A stretch of DNA of 64,000 nucleotides from Saprospiraceae bacterium (GCA_016717105.1 JADKGF010000001.1:23887-87886), one strand, 5' to 3'; positions 9,507 to 20,194 are shown, numbered from the stretch's first letter. Numbers and translations: made by a program. Notes: a model not told the origin generated them from the letters alone.

Positions 9507-10433
9507 GTGGTTTTGACTACACCTGTCATTCGATGTATCAAACAGCAAACAGGTGCAGAAGTACACTATTTGATTAAGCCGTCTTTTGCTCATGTCATTC
9601 ATGAAAATCCTTATATTGATAAGATCCATAGAGTGAGCGAAAACTTAGATGATACTATAGAATTACTTAAAAGCGAAGGATATGATTTGGTGGTAGATTT
9701 GCAAAAAAACCTAAAATCTATCCGAATCTCAAAGGCACTCGGCATCGATTCTGTCACTTTTACCAAGCTGAATATTAAGAAATGGCTGGCTGTCAATTTT
9801 AAAATAAATACACTTCCAAAAGGAAAACACCTCGTGGACAGGTATTTCGAAAGCTTAGGAGCTTTGGGCATTAAAGATGATGGCTTGGGTTTGGATTATT
9901 TCATCATGCAAGAAGACGAATATGATGCTCAAGAACTTGTCAGCGGTATTCAGTATCAAGTTTTGGTGCTAGGCGCTACTTACTTCACAAAACGCATTCC
10001 TCTAGAAAAATGTAAGGAAATCATTGAGCGTTATGGTAGCCATACAATTTTGGTTGGTGGAAATGATGTATCTGAAATAGCGTCTTCCTTAGCCGAACAG
10101 TATCCTGAAAAAGTCATCAATTTTTGCGGAAAAGTAGGGCTCGGTGTGAGTGCTGGCATCATAAAACATGCCCAAAAAGTTGTGACAGGTGATACAGGTA
10201 TGATGCACATTGCTGCCGCCTTACAAAAAGAAATAATAATCTTATGGGGCAATACGATTCCGGAATTTGGAATGTATCCTTACTATGGTACCAAAAACAG
10301 TGACAAACATATAGATCTCCAAGTAGAAGGTTTATCTTGCAGACCATGTTCAAAACTTGGATTTGATCATTGTCCGAAAGGACATTTCAAATGTATGCAC
10401 GATATTATTATACCCAATGAAATCACCTATTAA
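9507..10433 (+). CDS. Glycosyltransferase family 9 (heptosyltransferase-like); the true start is probably upstream of the listed GTG
   Basis: GDTGMMHIAAAL resembles the GT9 donor-binding motif. The frame is open from 9462 and encodes TIKKVLIIRFSSIGD, the usual GT9 N-terminus, but it has no ATG, GTG or TTG. Confidence 0.8.
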   Translation: MVLTTPVIRCIKQQTGAEVHYLIKPSFAHVIHENPYIDKIHRVSENLDDTIELLKSEGYDLVVDLQKNLKSIRISKALGIDSVTFTKLNIKKWLAVNFKINTLPKGKHLVDRYFESLGALGIKDDGLGLDYFIMQEDEYDAQELVSGIQYQVLVLGATYFTKRIPLEKCKEIIERYGSHTILVGGNDVSEIASSLAEQYPEKVINFCGKVGLGVSAGIIKHAQKVVTGDTGMMHIAAALQKEIIILWGNTIPEFGMYPYYGTKNSDKHIDLQVEGLSCRPCSKLGFDHCPKGHFKCMHDIIIPNEITY

Positions 10434-11037
10434 GGCTATCCATAGTGAGTTTTAAGCCAATTGTTGTGAAATTTTTGACCGCATCCGATGCTTTTGATAT
10501 CATCTTTTCAACATCTGCCTCTTCATTTGGCTTCCATTTACCAAGTACAAAATTGACCTGTTGTCCAGGACGAAAATCTTGCCCTATACCCATTCTCAGT
10601 CTGATATAATGACTAGAGCCCAATTTATCATGAATGTCTTTAAGTCCATTGTGTCCACCGTCGCTACCTTTATCGCGTAGTCGCATTTTGCCCAAATCTA
10701 AGTGCAGATCATCAACGATAACTAAAAGATTCTCTGGTTGGATTTTTTGTTTTTCCATCCAATATTTTACCGCTTTTCCACTTAGATTCATGTAGGTAGA
10801 TGGCTTAAGCAAGATCAAGGTTCGACCTTTGAATTTAAGCTCAGCAATATCTCCATGAGTTTCTTGACGGAAGGAGACACCAGCATCTTTGGCCATAAAA
10901 TCAACTACATCAAATCCGATATTGTGTCGTGTATGCTGATATTCAGTGCCAATATTGCCAAGGCCTACTATGAGATATTTCATGGGATCAGGTACGGGAT
11001 TCGGATTATTAAAAATATTTTTAAGCCAGGTAAACAT
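10423..11037 (-). CDS. pth: Peptidyl-tRNA hydrolase
   Basis: MKYLIVGLGNIGTEYQHTRHNIGF plus GGHNGLKDI are Pth signatures. The conserved core begins at the internal Met (start 10983). The 18 residues upstream may or may not be translated. Confidence 0.92.
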   Translation of the reverse strand: MFTWLKNIFNNPNPVPDPMKYLIVGLGNIGTEYQHTRHNIGFDVVDFMAKDAGVSFRQETHGDIAELKFKGRTLILLKPSTYMNLSGKAVKYWMEKQKIQPENLLVIVDDLHLDLGKMRLRDKGSDGGHNGLKDIHDKLGSSHYIRLRMGIGQDFRPGQQVNFVLGKWKPNEEADVEKMISKASDAVKNFTTIGLKLTMDSLNR

Positions 11038-11157
11038 TGCGCAAAGATAAGATGATTAGTATTTTATACAACTTTAATTTTGACAGAACTTATTTATTTA
11101 ACTATTTGTTTGTAATATTCATACCCGTAAGTACGTTCTTAGTAATAACTTGCAAAT

Positions 11158-12078
11158 GTGATACTTATGAATAATTTTAAATTTTTTAGTACATTTTGTT
11201 TCCTATTTTTGGCAGCTAGTTTTGTAGCTCAGCCTACATTTGTTGAAAAGGAAAAAGAATTGGCTTATCATGCTGATGTAATGGTAAACGCTGCAGAAGC
11301 TCGCCACAGAGTAATGGCAATGGAAAAATTTAATATACTTTTTGGTGAAGCATTAGCATTGAGTGATTCATACAAATTTCCATTTGACAGTCTGAAGTGG
11401 ATATCAAAAAAATCGCCAAAGGACAATTCATTCAGGATTTTTACGTGGGAAGTCAAGGTCTCTGATTCTGATGTCAAAAATTTTGGTATCCTACAAAAAA
11501 ATGATGGGACTATTTTCGTTCTAACTGATGATATCGACAATGCTGAGAATCTGGCCGAAGAAGAATTTAGTCACGAAAACTGGATTGGAGCTTTATATTA
11601 CAATCTGATGGAAGGGACAACTGTCTCAGGTCAACCATATTATTTGTTATTTGGTGTAAATCGCTGGAACAATTTCGAGAATGTAAAACTCATCGACGTA
11701 CTTTTTTTCAGTAAAGAAGGAAAACCATATTTTGGATTGCCCATTTTTAAGGATAATACAAATGCTGATGAAGTTAAAATTTTTAATCGCTTGGCATTCA
11801 AATATGCAGCCGATGCGCAAGTCTCGCTAAATTACAATCCAGGTATGGAAATGATCATGGTAGATCACCTGATCAGAAAGATGAGCCGTATTCAAGGTCA
11901 AGGAGAGACTCTTGTTCCTGACGGAACTTATGTAGGCTATAGTTACAAAAACGGTTATTGGAATAAAATAGACAAAATAGCTACTGAAATTATGGACACA
12001 GCTCCAAGACCAAAACCAGTATTGGATGAAAGAAAAGGTATGAATCTCAATGGTGATCAAATAAAAAAATCAAAATAA
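11158..12078 (+). CDS. Hypothetical secreted protein
   Basis: A 306-codon ORF with the hydrophobic N-terminus NNFKFFSTFCFLFLAASFVAQ. An ATG at 11167 is an alternative start. No motif recognised. Confidence 0.6.
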   Translation: MILMNNFKFFSTFCFLFLAASFVAQPTFVEKEKELAYHADVMVNAAEARHRVMAMEKFNILFGEALALSDSYKFPFDSLKWISKKSPKDNSFRIFTWEVKVSDSDVKNFGILQKNDGTIFVLTDDIDNAENLAEEEFSHENWIGALYYNLMEGTTVSGQPYYLLFGVNRWNNFENVKLIDVLFFSKEGKPYFGLPIFKDNTNADEVKIFNRLAFKYAADAQVSLNYNPGMEMIMVDHLIRKMSRIQGQGETLVPDGTYVGYSYKNGYWNKIDKIATEIMDTAPRPKPVLDERKGMNLNGDQIKKSK

Positions 12079-12822
12079 ATGTCAATAAAGTATATTACAA
12101 TTTGCATCTTAATTTTGTCCAATGTCGGAATAAGTTTCTCACAAAAAACATTGAAAGACAATCAGAAAGAAGGATATATCATCATGGCTGATGGTAGTCG
12201 CTCAGAAGTAGCCATCGAAGTAGAAGATGCCACACAACCATGGACATACCAAGAAGGTATCAAATATTATGACCGCGCATTGTTGACTGGTGGCCGTGTA
12301 AAGCGTGAGCTCAAAAAATCCCTGGTTGCTGGAGAGATAATAGAATATGGCTTTGGTGATCGTAGGTTTATATATGTCAATTACCATGTAAAAAATAAAG
12401 GCGATGATGTCATAAAATCTACAGTAGAGAAAATAAAAGGTGATAAAAATTCTGATTTCTTTGCTGAGATCATTACGGATGGTAAAATAAGATTGTTGAA
12501 ATTTTATCAGCCACCAGTCATCACTGATGCTGATTATGATGATGAAGCACTCCTTAAAAAGATCACTGATGAAGCAAAAGAAAATTTTGACATTCTTATT
12601 TCAAGAGAAGGAATTGCAGCAAAATCCATCCAAGAAATAAATTATAAGACGTTCTTTGAAGATTGTCCTGCTGTAGTCAAGAAGTTCGATGACAAAAGAT
12701 ACAAAATACAACCAGTTTCTGGCATAAAGAAATTGCTCAAATCAGAAGGATTGACAGGTCCTAAATTGGAGCTTGCAGCAAAGACAATAGTCGATGATTA
12801 CACCTTAAAATGTGGAAAATAA
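12079..12822 (+). CDS. Hypothetical secreted protein
   Basis: The start codon directly abuts the previous stop (TAA|ATG). The N-terminus MSIKYITICILILSNVGISFSQ looks like a signal peptide. Confidence 0.6.
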   Translation: MSIKYITICILILSNVGISFSQKTLKDNQKEGYIIMADGSRSEVAIEVEDATQPWTYQEGIKYYDRALLTGGRVKRELKKSLVAGEIIEYGFGDRRFIYVNYHVKNKGDDVIKSTVEKIKGDKNSDFFAEIITDGKIRLLKFYQPPVITDADYDDEALLKKITDEAKENFDILISREGIAAKSIQEINYKTFFEDCPAVVKKFDDKRYKIQPVSGIKKLLKSEGLTGPKLELAAKTIVDDYTLKCGK

Positions 12823-12942
12823 GCATCTAAAGTTCTCAAATTCTTTCATTTGATTGATAGCATTTTCTAACAAGCTACCTTTTAAAATATTGGAAAATAA
12901 AACAATATTGATTTCAATGCGTTAGTCTATTGATTTTAGAGT

Positions 12943-14712
12943 ATGAATGCAAAAGGAGGAACAGATTGGCGTTTATTAAGGCGGGTATTGGCGACAGCCA
13001 AGCCTTTTAAAAGTTTATTTATACAATCCATTCTCCTTGCGATTATAATTACACCATTTTCCATTGCACAGCCATTTATTGTCCAAAAAATAGTGGACGA
13101 AAATATCATCGGTGGCCAAAAAAGTGGTTTGTTGTGGATGTCAATCGTATTTATAGTAGTATTGCTGATCAATGTAGTGATGAAATATTACTTCATATAT
13201 ATTACCGCAGAGCTTGGTCAGTCAGTCATCAAAGACATGCGAGTGAAAGTATTCAGACATATCACAAATTTAAGATTGCGATATTTCGACCAGACACCGA
13301 TCGGCACTTCTACAACACGAACCATCAATGATATCGAAGCTATAAATAATGTATTTGCGCAAGGAGTCATCACCATGGCTGCTGACTTTCTTACCTTATT
13401 GGCTGTAGTTGGTATTATGTTTTATTCTAGCTGGAGATTGACACTGATTGTGTTTATTACGATGCCTTTTATGATCATCACCAGCTATATTTTCAAAGAA
13501 AAAGTGAAAGTTTCTTATCAAAAAGTAAGAACTCAAATAGCGGCAATGAATGCTTTCTTGCAAGAAAGAATCACAGGTATGAAAATCGTACAACTTTTCA
13601 ATGCAGAAAGCCAACAAAATGAAAAATTCAAACAAATAAATAGAGCTTATACCAGCGCCAATCTCGATTCTGTATTCTATTATGCCGTTTTTTTTCCAGT
13701 TGTAGAGTTGGTTTCAGCCGTTTCTCTAGCATTGATGATCTGGCTTGGAGCACGTGGGTATCTGCAGGACAAGGTGAGTTTTGGTGATCTCGTTGCATTC
13801 CCACTATATTTAAATCTCCTTTTCAGACCGATTCGATTTTTGGCCGATAAATTCAATACCTTACAAATGGGTCTTGTGGCGTCCGAAAGGGTATTTAAAA
13901 TCCTCGACAGTCAAGAAATCATTACTAATAAAGGTAGTATAAAACCAGATAAACTGGAAGGTATTGTAGAGTTTCAACATGTAGGTTTTGCATATGATGA
14001 TGAAAACTTCGTACTGGAAGACATCAGTTTTAAAATCGAAAAAGGTCATACAATAGCCTTGGTAGGCAGTACTGGCTCCGGCAAATCTACGATAATTAAC
14101 ATACTCAATAGGTTTTACGATATTCAGAAAGGCCAAATTCTTATAGATAACAAAGATATAAAGGACTACGAATTATCTGCATTGCGAGACAGGATAGCCA
14201 TTGTGCTTCAGGATGTATTTTTGTTTGAAGGCACCGTTTTAGATAATATTACACTTAGAGATCATAATATTTCCGAACAAAAAGTAATAGAAGCAGCCAA
14301 AACTATCGGTGCTCATGAATTTATTGAAAAATTGCCTGGTGGATACTATTGTACAGTCTCAGAGCGTGGTAGCAACCTATCTGTTGGTCAGAGACAACTT
14401 ATTTCTTTTGTACGCGCATTAGTGTTCGATCCTGATATCCTGATTCTAGATGAAGCCACATCATCCATAGATACAGAAAGCGAGGCTGTGATCCAGTATG
14501 CCATAGAAAAGCTGATAAATCGACGCACTTCTATTATCATTGCACACCGATTGTCCACAATACAACATGCTGACCTTATTCTAGTGCTTTCTGATGGAAG
14601 AATAGTAGAAAGAGGCAATCATCAGATGCTACTTAACAATGAAAACGGACACTACAAAGAGTTGTATGACATTCAATTTTCAGACCTGACTCCAGCACAA
14701 AATATTATATGA
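12943..14712 (+). CDS. ABC exporter, fused permease/ATPase (MsbA/multidrug type)
   Basis: Six-helix N-terminal half. Walker A is GSTGSGKST, the signature is LSVGQRQL and Walker B is ILILDEATS. Confidence 0.9.
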   Translation: MNAKGGTDWRLLRRVLATAKPFKSLFIQSILLAIIITPFSIAQPFIVQKIVDENIIGGQKSGLLWMSIVFIVVLLINVVMKYYFIYITAELGQSVIKDMRVKVFRHITNLRLRYFDQTPIGTSTTRTINDIEAINNVFAQGVITMAADFLTLLAVVGIMFYSSWRLTLIVFITMPFMIITSYIFKEKVKVSYQKVRTQIAAMNAFLQERITGMKIVQLFNAESQQNEKFKQINRAYTSANLDSVFYYAVFFPVVELVSAVSLALMIWLGARGYLQDKVSFGDLVAFPLYLNLLFRPIRFLADKFNTLQMGLVASERVFKILDSQEIITNKGSIKPDKLEGIVEFQHVGFAYDDENFVLEDISFKIEKGHTIALVGSTGSGKSTIINILNRFYDIQKGQILIDNKDIKDYELSALRDRIAIVLQDVFLFEGTVLDNITLRDHNISEQKVIEAAKTIGAHEFIEKLPGGYYCTVSERGSNLSVGQRQLISFVRALVFDPDILILDEATSSIDTESEAVIQYAIEKLINRRTSIIIAHRLSTIQHADLILVLSDGRIVERGNHQMLLNNENGHYKELYDIQFSDLTPAQNII

Positions 14713-15377
14713 GCCTAAGCAATAACGCGATAAATACTGCTTGTTACAACATGTTAATGGATAAGTTTCAATATATTTTTGAGTCTGAGCTTATCAATGA
14801 ATTGTGTAAGTCCGGTGTGGTAAAAACATATAAAGAAGGTAGCACATTGATGGATATCGGGCAAGTATTGACTCATATGCCACTGGTTATTTCTGGTTCT
14901 GTCAAGGTTTTGAAAGAAGACAAAGAAGGCAATGAATTACTTTTATATTATTTAGAATACGGTGATACCTGTGCTGTGACAATGAGTTGTTGTACAAAAC
15001 CATCTAAGAGCGCCATTAAAGCCATCACTGAATCAGATGCTGAAATTCTCTTTATTCCCATAGAAAAAATGGAAGAATGGATGGTTAAGTATAAATCTTG
15101 GCGTGGATTTGTATTAGATAGTTACAATATCCGAATGAATGAAATGCTGGATGCTATAGACAATCTTGCATTCAACAATATGGAAGAACGTCTGTATAAA
15201 TACCTGCGAGAAAAGGTGATGATAACCAAAGAATCCAAAATCCACATCACACATTTTCAGATAGCCAATGAGCTGAATTCATCCAGAGTAGTCATCTCTA
15301 GGCTCATGAAAAAACTTGAAAATGAAGGGCTTGTGATACAACATCGCAATTATGTAGAAGTCAAAGAATTTATGTAG
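14709..15377 (+). CDS. Crp/Fnr-family transcriptional regulator
   Basis: The length and layout fit a cNMP-binding beta-barrel followed by a C-terminal HTH (THFQIANELNSSRVVISRLMKKLENEG). Its start overlaps the ABC stop (ATGA at 14709-14712). Confidence 0.8.
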   Translation: MSLSNNAINTACYNMLMDKFQYIFESELINELCKSGVVKTYKEGSTLMDIGQVLTHMPLVISGSVKVLKEDKEGNELLLYYLEYGDTCAVTMSCCTKPSKSAIKAITESDAEILFIPIEKMEEWMVKYKSWRGFVLDSYNIRMNEMLDAIDNLAFNNMEERLYKYLREKVMITKESKIHITHFQIANELNSSRVVISRLMKKLENEGLVIQHRNYVEVKEFM

Positions 15378-15408
15378 AAAGAAATTATTTCCTACTACAT
15401 TTTTATTT

Positions 15409-16134
15409 TCAATTACAAATACTATCCCTTTCTTTTATTTTTATTAATGCTGTTGTTATTAGGTCTGTTTTTATTCTGTTGATTTTTTGATTATTATTGA
15501 CTGGACCTTTGTTTTTGTTTTTTTGCTGTTTGAATGTATTGACATTCGAATTTGGAAGATTATTGTTAGTGACAACCTGGATTGTATGATCATCATCTAC
15601 CGAAAGTCTGTTGGCAGATAATACCGACAAGTCAGAAATAATGATATCATCACTTACAAAATGCTCTTTATTCCAAGTTCTATACGAAAGCTTCATGTAA
15701 GAGAGTATCGTTTCGACATATCCTTGTTTTATGGGACCATCTTCCATTTTTAGTGCTTTCTCTATCATGACCCGAATATTGTATCCATAATGCCTCCAAT
15801 TAAACTCATGCTGAGGATAAGGCACTGTTTTGGGTTTGAATCGGATATCATCTTCCGTTGGGTTTTCACCGAATGGGTGATCCACATCCAGACTATAATC
15901 TGCCATCTTGAAGACGTGTCTCCATAGCTTTTGTTTATATTCTAGTACATTTTTTGTCTGCGGATTGAGCTGATTTATCAATTCGACAATTTCTTCAATC
16001 ACAGCTTGACGCTCTTCTTTTTTATCAAGTGTTTTTGCGTATTGAATTAATTTTTGAACTGATCTTCCATACTCCGAAAACAAAAGTTTATCCCTGGTTG
16101 AGTTATACTCCAGGCTTAATAACTTTTTTGTCAT
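15409..16134 (-). CDS. DUF4290-like protein
   Basis: The N-terminus LEYNSTRDKLLFSEYGRSVQKLIQY matches my recollection of the Bacteroidota DUF4290 family. It has a low-complexity N/K-rich tail. Confidence 0.55.
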   Translation of the reverse strand: MTKKLLSLEYNSTRDKLLFSEYGRSVQKLIQYAKTLDKKEERQAVIEEIVELINQLNPQTKNVLEYKQKLWRHVFKMADYSLDVDHPFGENPTEDDIRFKPKTVPYPQHEFNWRHYGYNIRVMIEKALKMEDGPIKQGYVETILSYMKLSYRTWNKEHFVSDDIIISDLSVLSANRLSVDDDHTIQVVTNNNLPNSNVNTFKQQKNKNKGPVNNNQKINRIKTDLITTALIKIKERDSICN

Positions 16135-16152
16135 GATATAAATAATTAATGA

Positions 16153-17991
16153 TTATTCAACGGTTACTGATTTTGCCAAATTTCTTGGCTGGTCCACATC
16201 ACATCCACGCATTACTGCGATATGATATGCCAATAATTGTAATGGAATGACTGACAATAAAGGAGTCAAAGGTTCTTCTGTTTCTGGTATTTCTATACAG
16301 TAATCAGACATTTCTTTGATTCTGACATCACCTTCGGTCACGATAGATATGACAATTGCTTTTCGGGCCTTTACTTCTTGAATATTTGAAGCTACTTTGT
16401 CATAAGCAGATTTGTTGGTCGCAATGATGATGACAGGCATATTTTCGTCTATCAATGCTATAGGTCCATGCTTCATTTCGGCAGCAGGATATCCTTCAGC
16501 ATGTATGTAAGAAATCTCCTTCAACTTTAATGCTCCTTCAAGAGCAACTGGAAAATTATATCCTCTTCCAAGATATAAAGCATTGGTTACATCCTTTACT
16601 TCACTTGCGATGTATTTGATTTTTTCATCCTGCTGGAGTACTTTTTCTACTTTAGCGGGAATACTTTCCATTGCATAAGCCAATTGTCTAAAATAGTCCT
16701 CTGAGATCGTACCTCTACGATGTCCCAAATTCAATGCCATTAGAGTAAGTACCGTGAGCTGACTTGTGAATGCTTTTGTTGACGCAACACCGATTTCAGG
16801 GCCGGCGTGGGTATATGATCCGCAATGTGTGATTCTAGATATAGATGAGCCTACGACATTGACAATACCATAGATAAGCGCACCTTTTTCTTTTGCCAAT
16901 TCCAATGCAGCAAGTGTGTCTGCTGTTTCGCCTGATTGCGAGATGGCTATTACTACGTCATCTGCATTGATAATCGGATTTCTATACCGCAATTCTGAAG
17001 CATATTCCACTTCTACAGGGATTCTTGCTAACTCTTCTATCAAGTATTCTGCTACAAGTGCCGAATGCCATGAAGTACCACAGGCTGCAAATATGATCCT
17101 TTTGGCATTTACAATCTGGTTTATAAATTGCTGCATACCGCCTACCATGACCCAACCATCGTGGGCATTTATACGACCACGCATACTTTCGCCGATCGTT
17201 GTAGGTTGCTGATATATCTCTTTCAACATGAAGTGGTCATACCCTTCTTTTTCGAGTTCTTCCAGTTTCAGGTCGAGCTCGTGCACTTTGGGTTGCTGGA
17301 CTTCATTAGAGAGATTAATAATTTCGTAATTACCGTTTTTATGGATAGTTACGATTTCTTCATCATTGAGATATACTACCTTATTGGTGTATTTGATGAT
17401 GGGAGAAGCATCCGATGCCAAAAAATATTCATCATCACCCAAACCCAAAACCAATGGACTGGATTTGCGTGCGCCAACGATGACATCTGGATTTTCTTTG
17501 TCTATCACAACAATAGCATAAGCTCCGATAGCCTTTTCTAAAGCCCTTCTGACGGCTTCACTCAGGCTCAAATTTTCTCTTTTCTGATATTCTTCGACAA
17601 GATGAACCAGGACTTCGGTATCTGTTTCACTTTTGAATTCATGCCCTATATCGGCTAATGCCTTTTTTAGGGTAGAATAATTTTCGATGATACCATTATG
17701 TATAAGTGCCAACCTACCATTGCCTGACAAATGTGGATGTGCATTGATATCGTCTGGCTTACCATGGGTAGCCCAGCGCGTATGGCCAATACCTATATTA
17801 CCAGAAACATCTTTGTCTTTGGCAGCAGATTCTAGCTTAGATACTTTTCCTTTTCTTTTTACAGTTTTTATGTCTCCGTTCAGTACAGAAATGCCGGCAC
17901 TGTCGTATCCTCTGTATTCCAGTCTTTTCAGACCTTCCAGTATGATAGGGTACGCTTGCTGAGAGCCTATATAGGCAACGATACCACACAT
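16153..17991 (-). CDS. glmS: Glutamine--fructose-6-phosphate aminotransferase
   Basis: MCGIVAYIG has the N-terminal nucleophile Cys. Two SIS domains follow, and the protein ends in the characteristic ...LAKSVTVE. Confidence 0.97.
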   Translation of the reverse strand: MCGIVAYIGSQQAYPIILEGLKRLEYRGYDSAGISVLNGDIKTVKRKGKVSKLESAAKDKDVSGNIGIGHTRWATHGKPDDINAHPHLSGNGRLALIHNGIIENYSTLKKALADIGHEFKSETDTEVLVHLVEEYQKRENLSLSEAVRRALEKAIGAYAIVVIDKENPDVIVGARKSSPLVLGLGDDEYFLASDASPIIKYTNKVVYLNDEEIVTIHKNGNYEIINLSNEVQQPKVHELDLKLEELEKEGYDHFMLKEIYQQPTTIGESMRGRINAHDGWVMVGGMQQFINQIVNAKRIIFAACGTSWHSALVAEYLIEELARIPVEVEYASELRYRNPIINADDVVIAISQSGETADTLAALELAKEKGALIYGIVNVVGSSISRITHCGSYTHAGPEIGVASTKAFTSQLTVLTLMALNLGHRRGTISEDYFRQLAYAMESIPAKVEKVLQQDEKIKYIASEVKDVTNALYLGRGYNFPVALEGALKLKEISYIHAEGYPAAEMKHGPIALIDENMPVIIIATNKSAYDKVASNIQEVKARKAIVISIVTEGDVRIKEMSDYCIEIPETEEPLTPLLSVIPLQLLAYHIAVMRGCDVDQPRNLAKSVTVE

Positions 17992-18000
17992 ATTATTTTA

Positions 18001-19365
18001 TTATTTTTTTGTATAAGTAATATTAAGCTTCATTGGGTAAGTACTATGGTTTGCACCAAAAAGCACAACCCGTTTTGGGTTTCCGGTTTCAGTCAATACA
18101 TTTAAATAAATATCTGCATTGTAGGTTGAATCTTTTACCGCTTTTTTGATATGATTAGTAATGTTCATTGTGTATTTTGTTTTACCTCCTTCTACAAATG
18201 GAACACCACCAAAAGCAATTGCCAGCGCTGAAGCAGATGTAAAGCTATAAGCAAAATCATCAATAAATATATCCTGTCCACTCGCATTTTTTCTAGTTGC
18301 TATCAATTGTGGTGGAATGGCATAACTATCATTAAGACCAGGAAGATCTGCTACATAAAATTCAAGCTCTGCCTTATTGATTATGATAGAATCCAATTTT
18401 GCCAAATCAGAAAATTTAACTACTGTTTTTACACCGCCGAGACCCTGAAAAAAGGTTATTGAGTCACTAACATCTGTATTAGATATATACTTTTCTACAA
18501 GGCTACCGCTTCTGTCATGATCAAATTTGTTGATTGTCGCTGTATGTAAATTGTACTCATAGGATTTTTTGACCGTATCGCTTACTGTGTAATACATAAT
18601 CAACTTATTGATTCCTGATTGGGCAATAAGCGCTTCATCTGAAAGATTAAGTCCATATACAAATGATTCATTATTTGGAGACTTGGACGTAATATACACT
18701 CCTTTAAAGAAATCATTAAATATTGTATCATTTTTTGCAGCGCTTGCATTATTAAAAAGTGCTTGTCCGAAACTATCATTTAATTTTAAACGCAGTTGTG
18801 GTGCCAATGTCACCGCTTTGCCCGTAAGGTGGTCAGTAATTCTTACTGAATCCTTTGGACTTACAAATTTATTGATATTTGCAATTTCATCCGAAAGGTA
18901 CTTAAACTGTTTGTCTGAATAAAATGTATCTGTATTCGAAATAGTCTCGTCAAGTTGATACAATTTTATGGCCTGAGTAGCAAAAGATTTACCATAGGTA
19001 CCCAATGTGTCGTATTGCAATACTAAAACTAAAGAGTCAAATTTAGGATTGGTTTCGTCTTGATATGCAGGTTTTGTTGATTTCATTGCAAATTTCAAAA
19101 ACAATTCTGCTGTGATTTTGCCAAATTTACTGTCTTCAAGTGCTCCAAGAATATATGTTTTGGAGTTAAGTTTTGGATTATGAGTGGTTACCCTTTCACC
19201 AGCGATTGTCTGCGTTGTGATAAAAACTTTATCTGTATTGCTGATGGTTAGTTTTTCATCTTCCAAAAAGTCTCCGCCGACCAATATTGGATCTTGACAA
19301 CCTGAGACTAAAAATATTGCCCATATAAATAACCCTAATCGAGTAATGAAGGAATTTACTGCCAT
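18001..19365 (-). CDS. DUF4270-like lipoprotein
   Basis: The likely start is the internal Met giving MAVNSFITRLGLFIWAIFLVSGC (lipobox). The longer track ORF (to 19434) would overlap the upstream gene. Its position between a short glycogen-synthase-like gene and glmS is the usual Bacteroidota context for DUF4270. Confidence 0.6.
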   Translation of the reverse strand: MAVNSFITRLGLFIWAIFLVSGCQDPILVGGDFLEDEKLTISNTDKVFITTQTIAGERVTTHNPKLNSKTYILGALEDSKFGKITAELFLKFAMKSTKPAYQDETNPKFDSLVLVLQYDTLGTYGKSFATQAIKLYQLDETISNTDTFYSDKQFKYLSDEIANINKFVSPKDSVRITDHLTGKAVTLAPQLRLKLNDSFGQALFNNASAAKNDTIFNDFFKGVYITSKSPNNESFVYGLNLSDEALIAQSGINKLIMYYTVSDTVKKSYEYNLHTATINKFDHDRSGSLVEKYISNTDVSDSITFFQGLGGVKTVVKFSDLAKLDSIIINKAELEFYVADLPGLNDSYAIPPQLIATRKNASGQDIFIDDFAYSFTSASALAIAFGGVPFVEGGKTKYTMNITNHIKKAVKDSTYNADIYLNVLTETGNPKRVVLFGANHSTYPMKLNITYTKK

Positions 19366-19369
19366 TCTT

Positions 19370-20194
19370 TTAATTTTCTTTTTCTTCTTCCAAAAGCGTT
19401 TTATAAAATTCAACTGTCTTATGAGCAGACTCATCTATATCTTCACCGCAAAGTGCGATTGGCTTATTGTGAGTCTCACCATATGAGTTAACGATGTCAT
19501 GGGTCATTTCGCTTCCTGAATAAATCCCGTCTGCAAATAAAATTGCACCAAGGTCAAGATTTATGCCATCATTTTCCTTGAAAACAGAAAGATCTTCTAC
19601 TTGCAGATCATTTATGGCCGCTATACTCAAAAATCTTTCGTCAAAAGCATGACTAAGCTCGTTGTTGTACATTGAGTAGATGATTTTCGCATCCGAAAAA
19701 ACTGGATCGTTTTTATACGCCTTTTTCATATACAATGGGATAAGGCTGGTGATCTGGCCGTGCAGATGCACGATATCTGGGGACCAACCAAATTTCTTGA
19801 CTGTCTCCATCACACCTTTACAAAAAAACACGAGTCTTTCTTGATTATCATTAAAAGGCTCATTTTGTTCATCAGTAAAAACAGCTTTTCTTTTAAAAAA
19901 CTCCTCATTGTCCAAAAAATATACTTGTAATCTTGCCCCTGGCAAAGATGCTACTTTGATAATCAATGGATAATCTTCGTCATCGACAATTATATTCATA
20001 CCTGATAACCGAACTACCTCGTGTAATCTATGCCGTCGCTCATTAATTATCCCAAACTTGGGCATCAAAACCCGAAATTCATAATTTTCATTGGTGGCAT
20101 AATGTAGGATTTTTCTGGTCAAGTCTGATAAAAAGGAAATTTCTGTATACGGATTCAATTCCTGTGTTACAAAAAGAACTTTCTTTTTACTCAT
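19370..20194 (-). CDS. Short glycogen/starch-synthase-like protein (GT5 N-terminal-domain type)
   Basis: MSKKKVLFVTQELNPYT... and ...DIVHLHGQITSLIP resemble the N-terminal half of GlgA. Only 274 aa. Confidence 0.7.
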   Translation of the reverse strand: MSKKKVLFVTQELNPYTEISFLSDLTRKILHYATNENYEFRVLMPKFGIINERRHRLHEVVRLSGMNIIVDDEDYPLIIKVASLPGARLQVYFLDNEEFFKRKAVFTDEQNEPFNDNQERLVFFCKGVMETVKKFGWSPDIVHLHGQITSLIPLYMKKAYKNDPVFSDAKIIYSMYNNELSHAFDERFLSIAAINDLQVEDLSVFKENDGINLDLGAILFADGIYSGSEMTHDIVNSYGETHNKPIALCGEDIDESAHKTVEFYKTLLEEEKEN

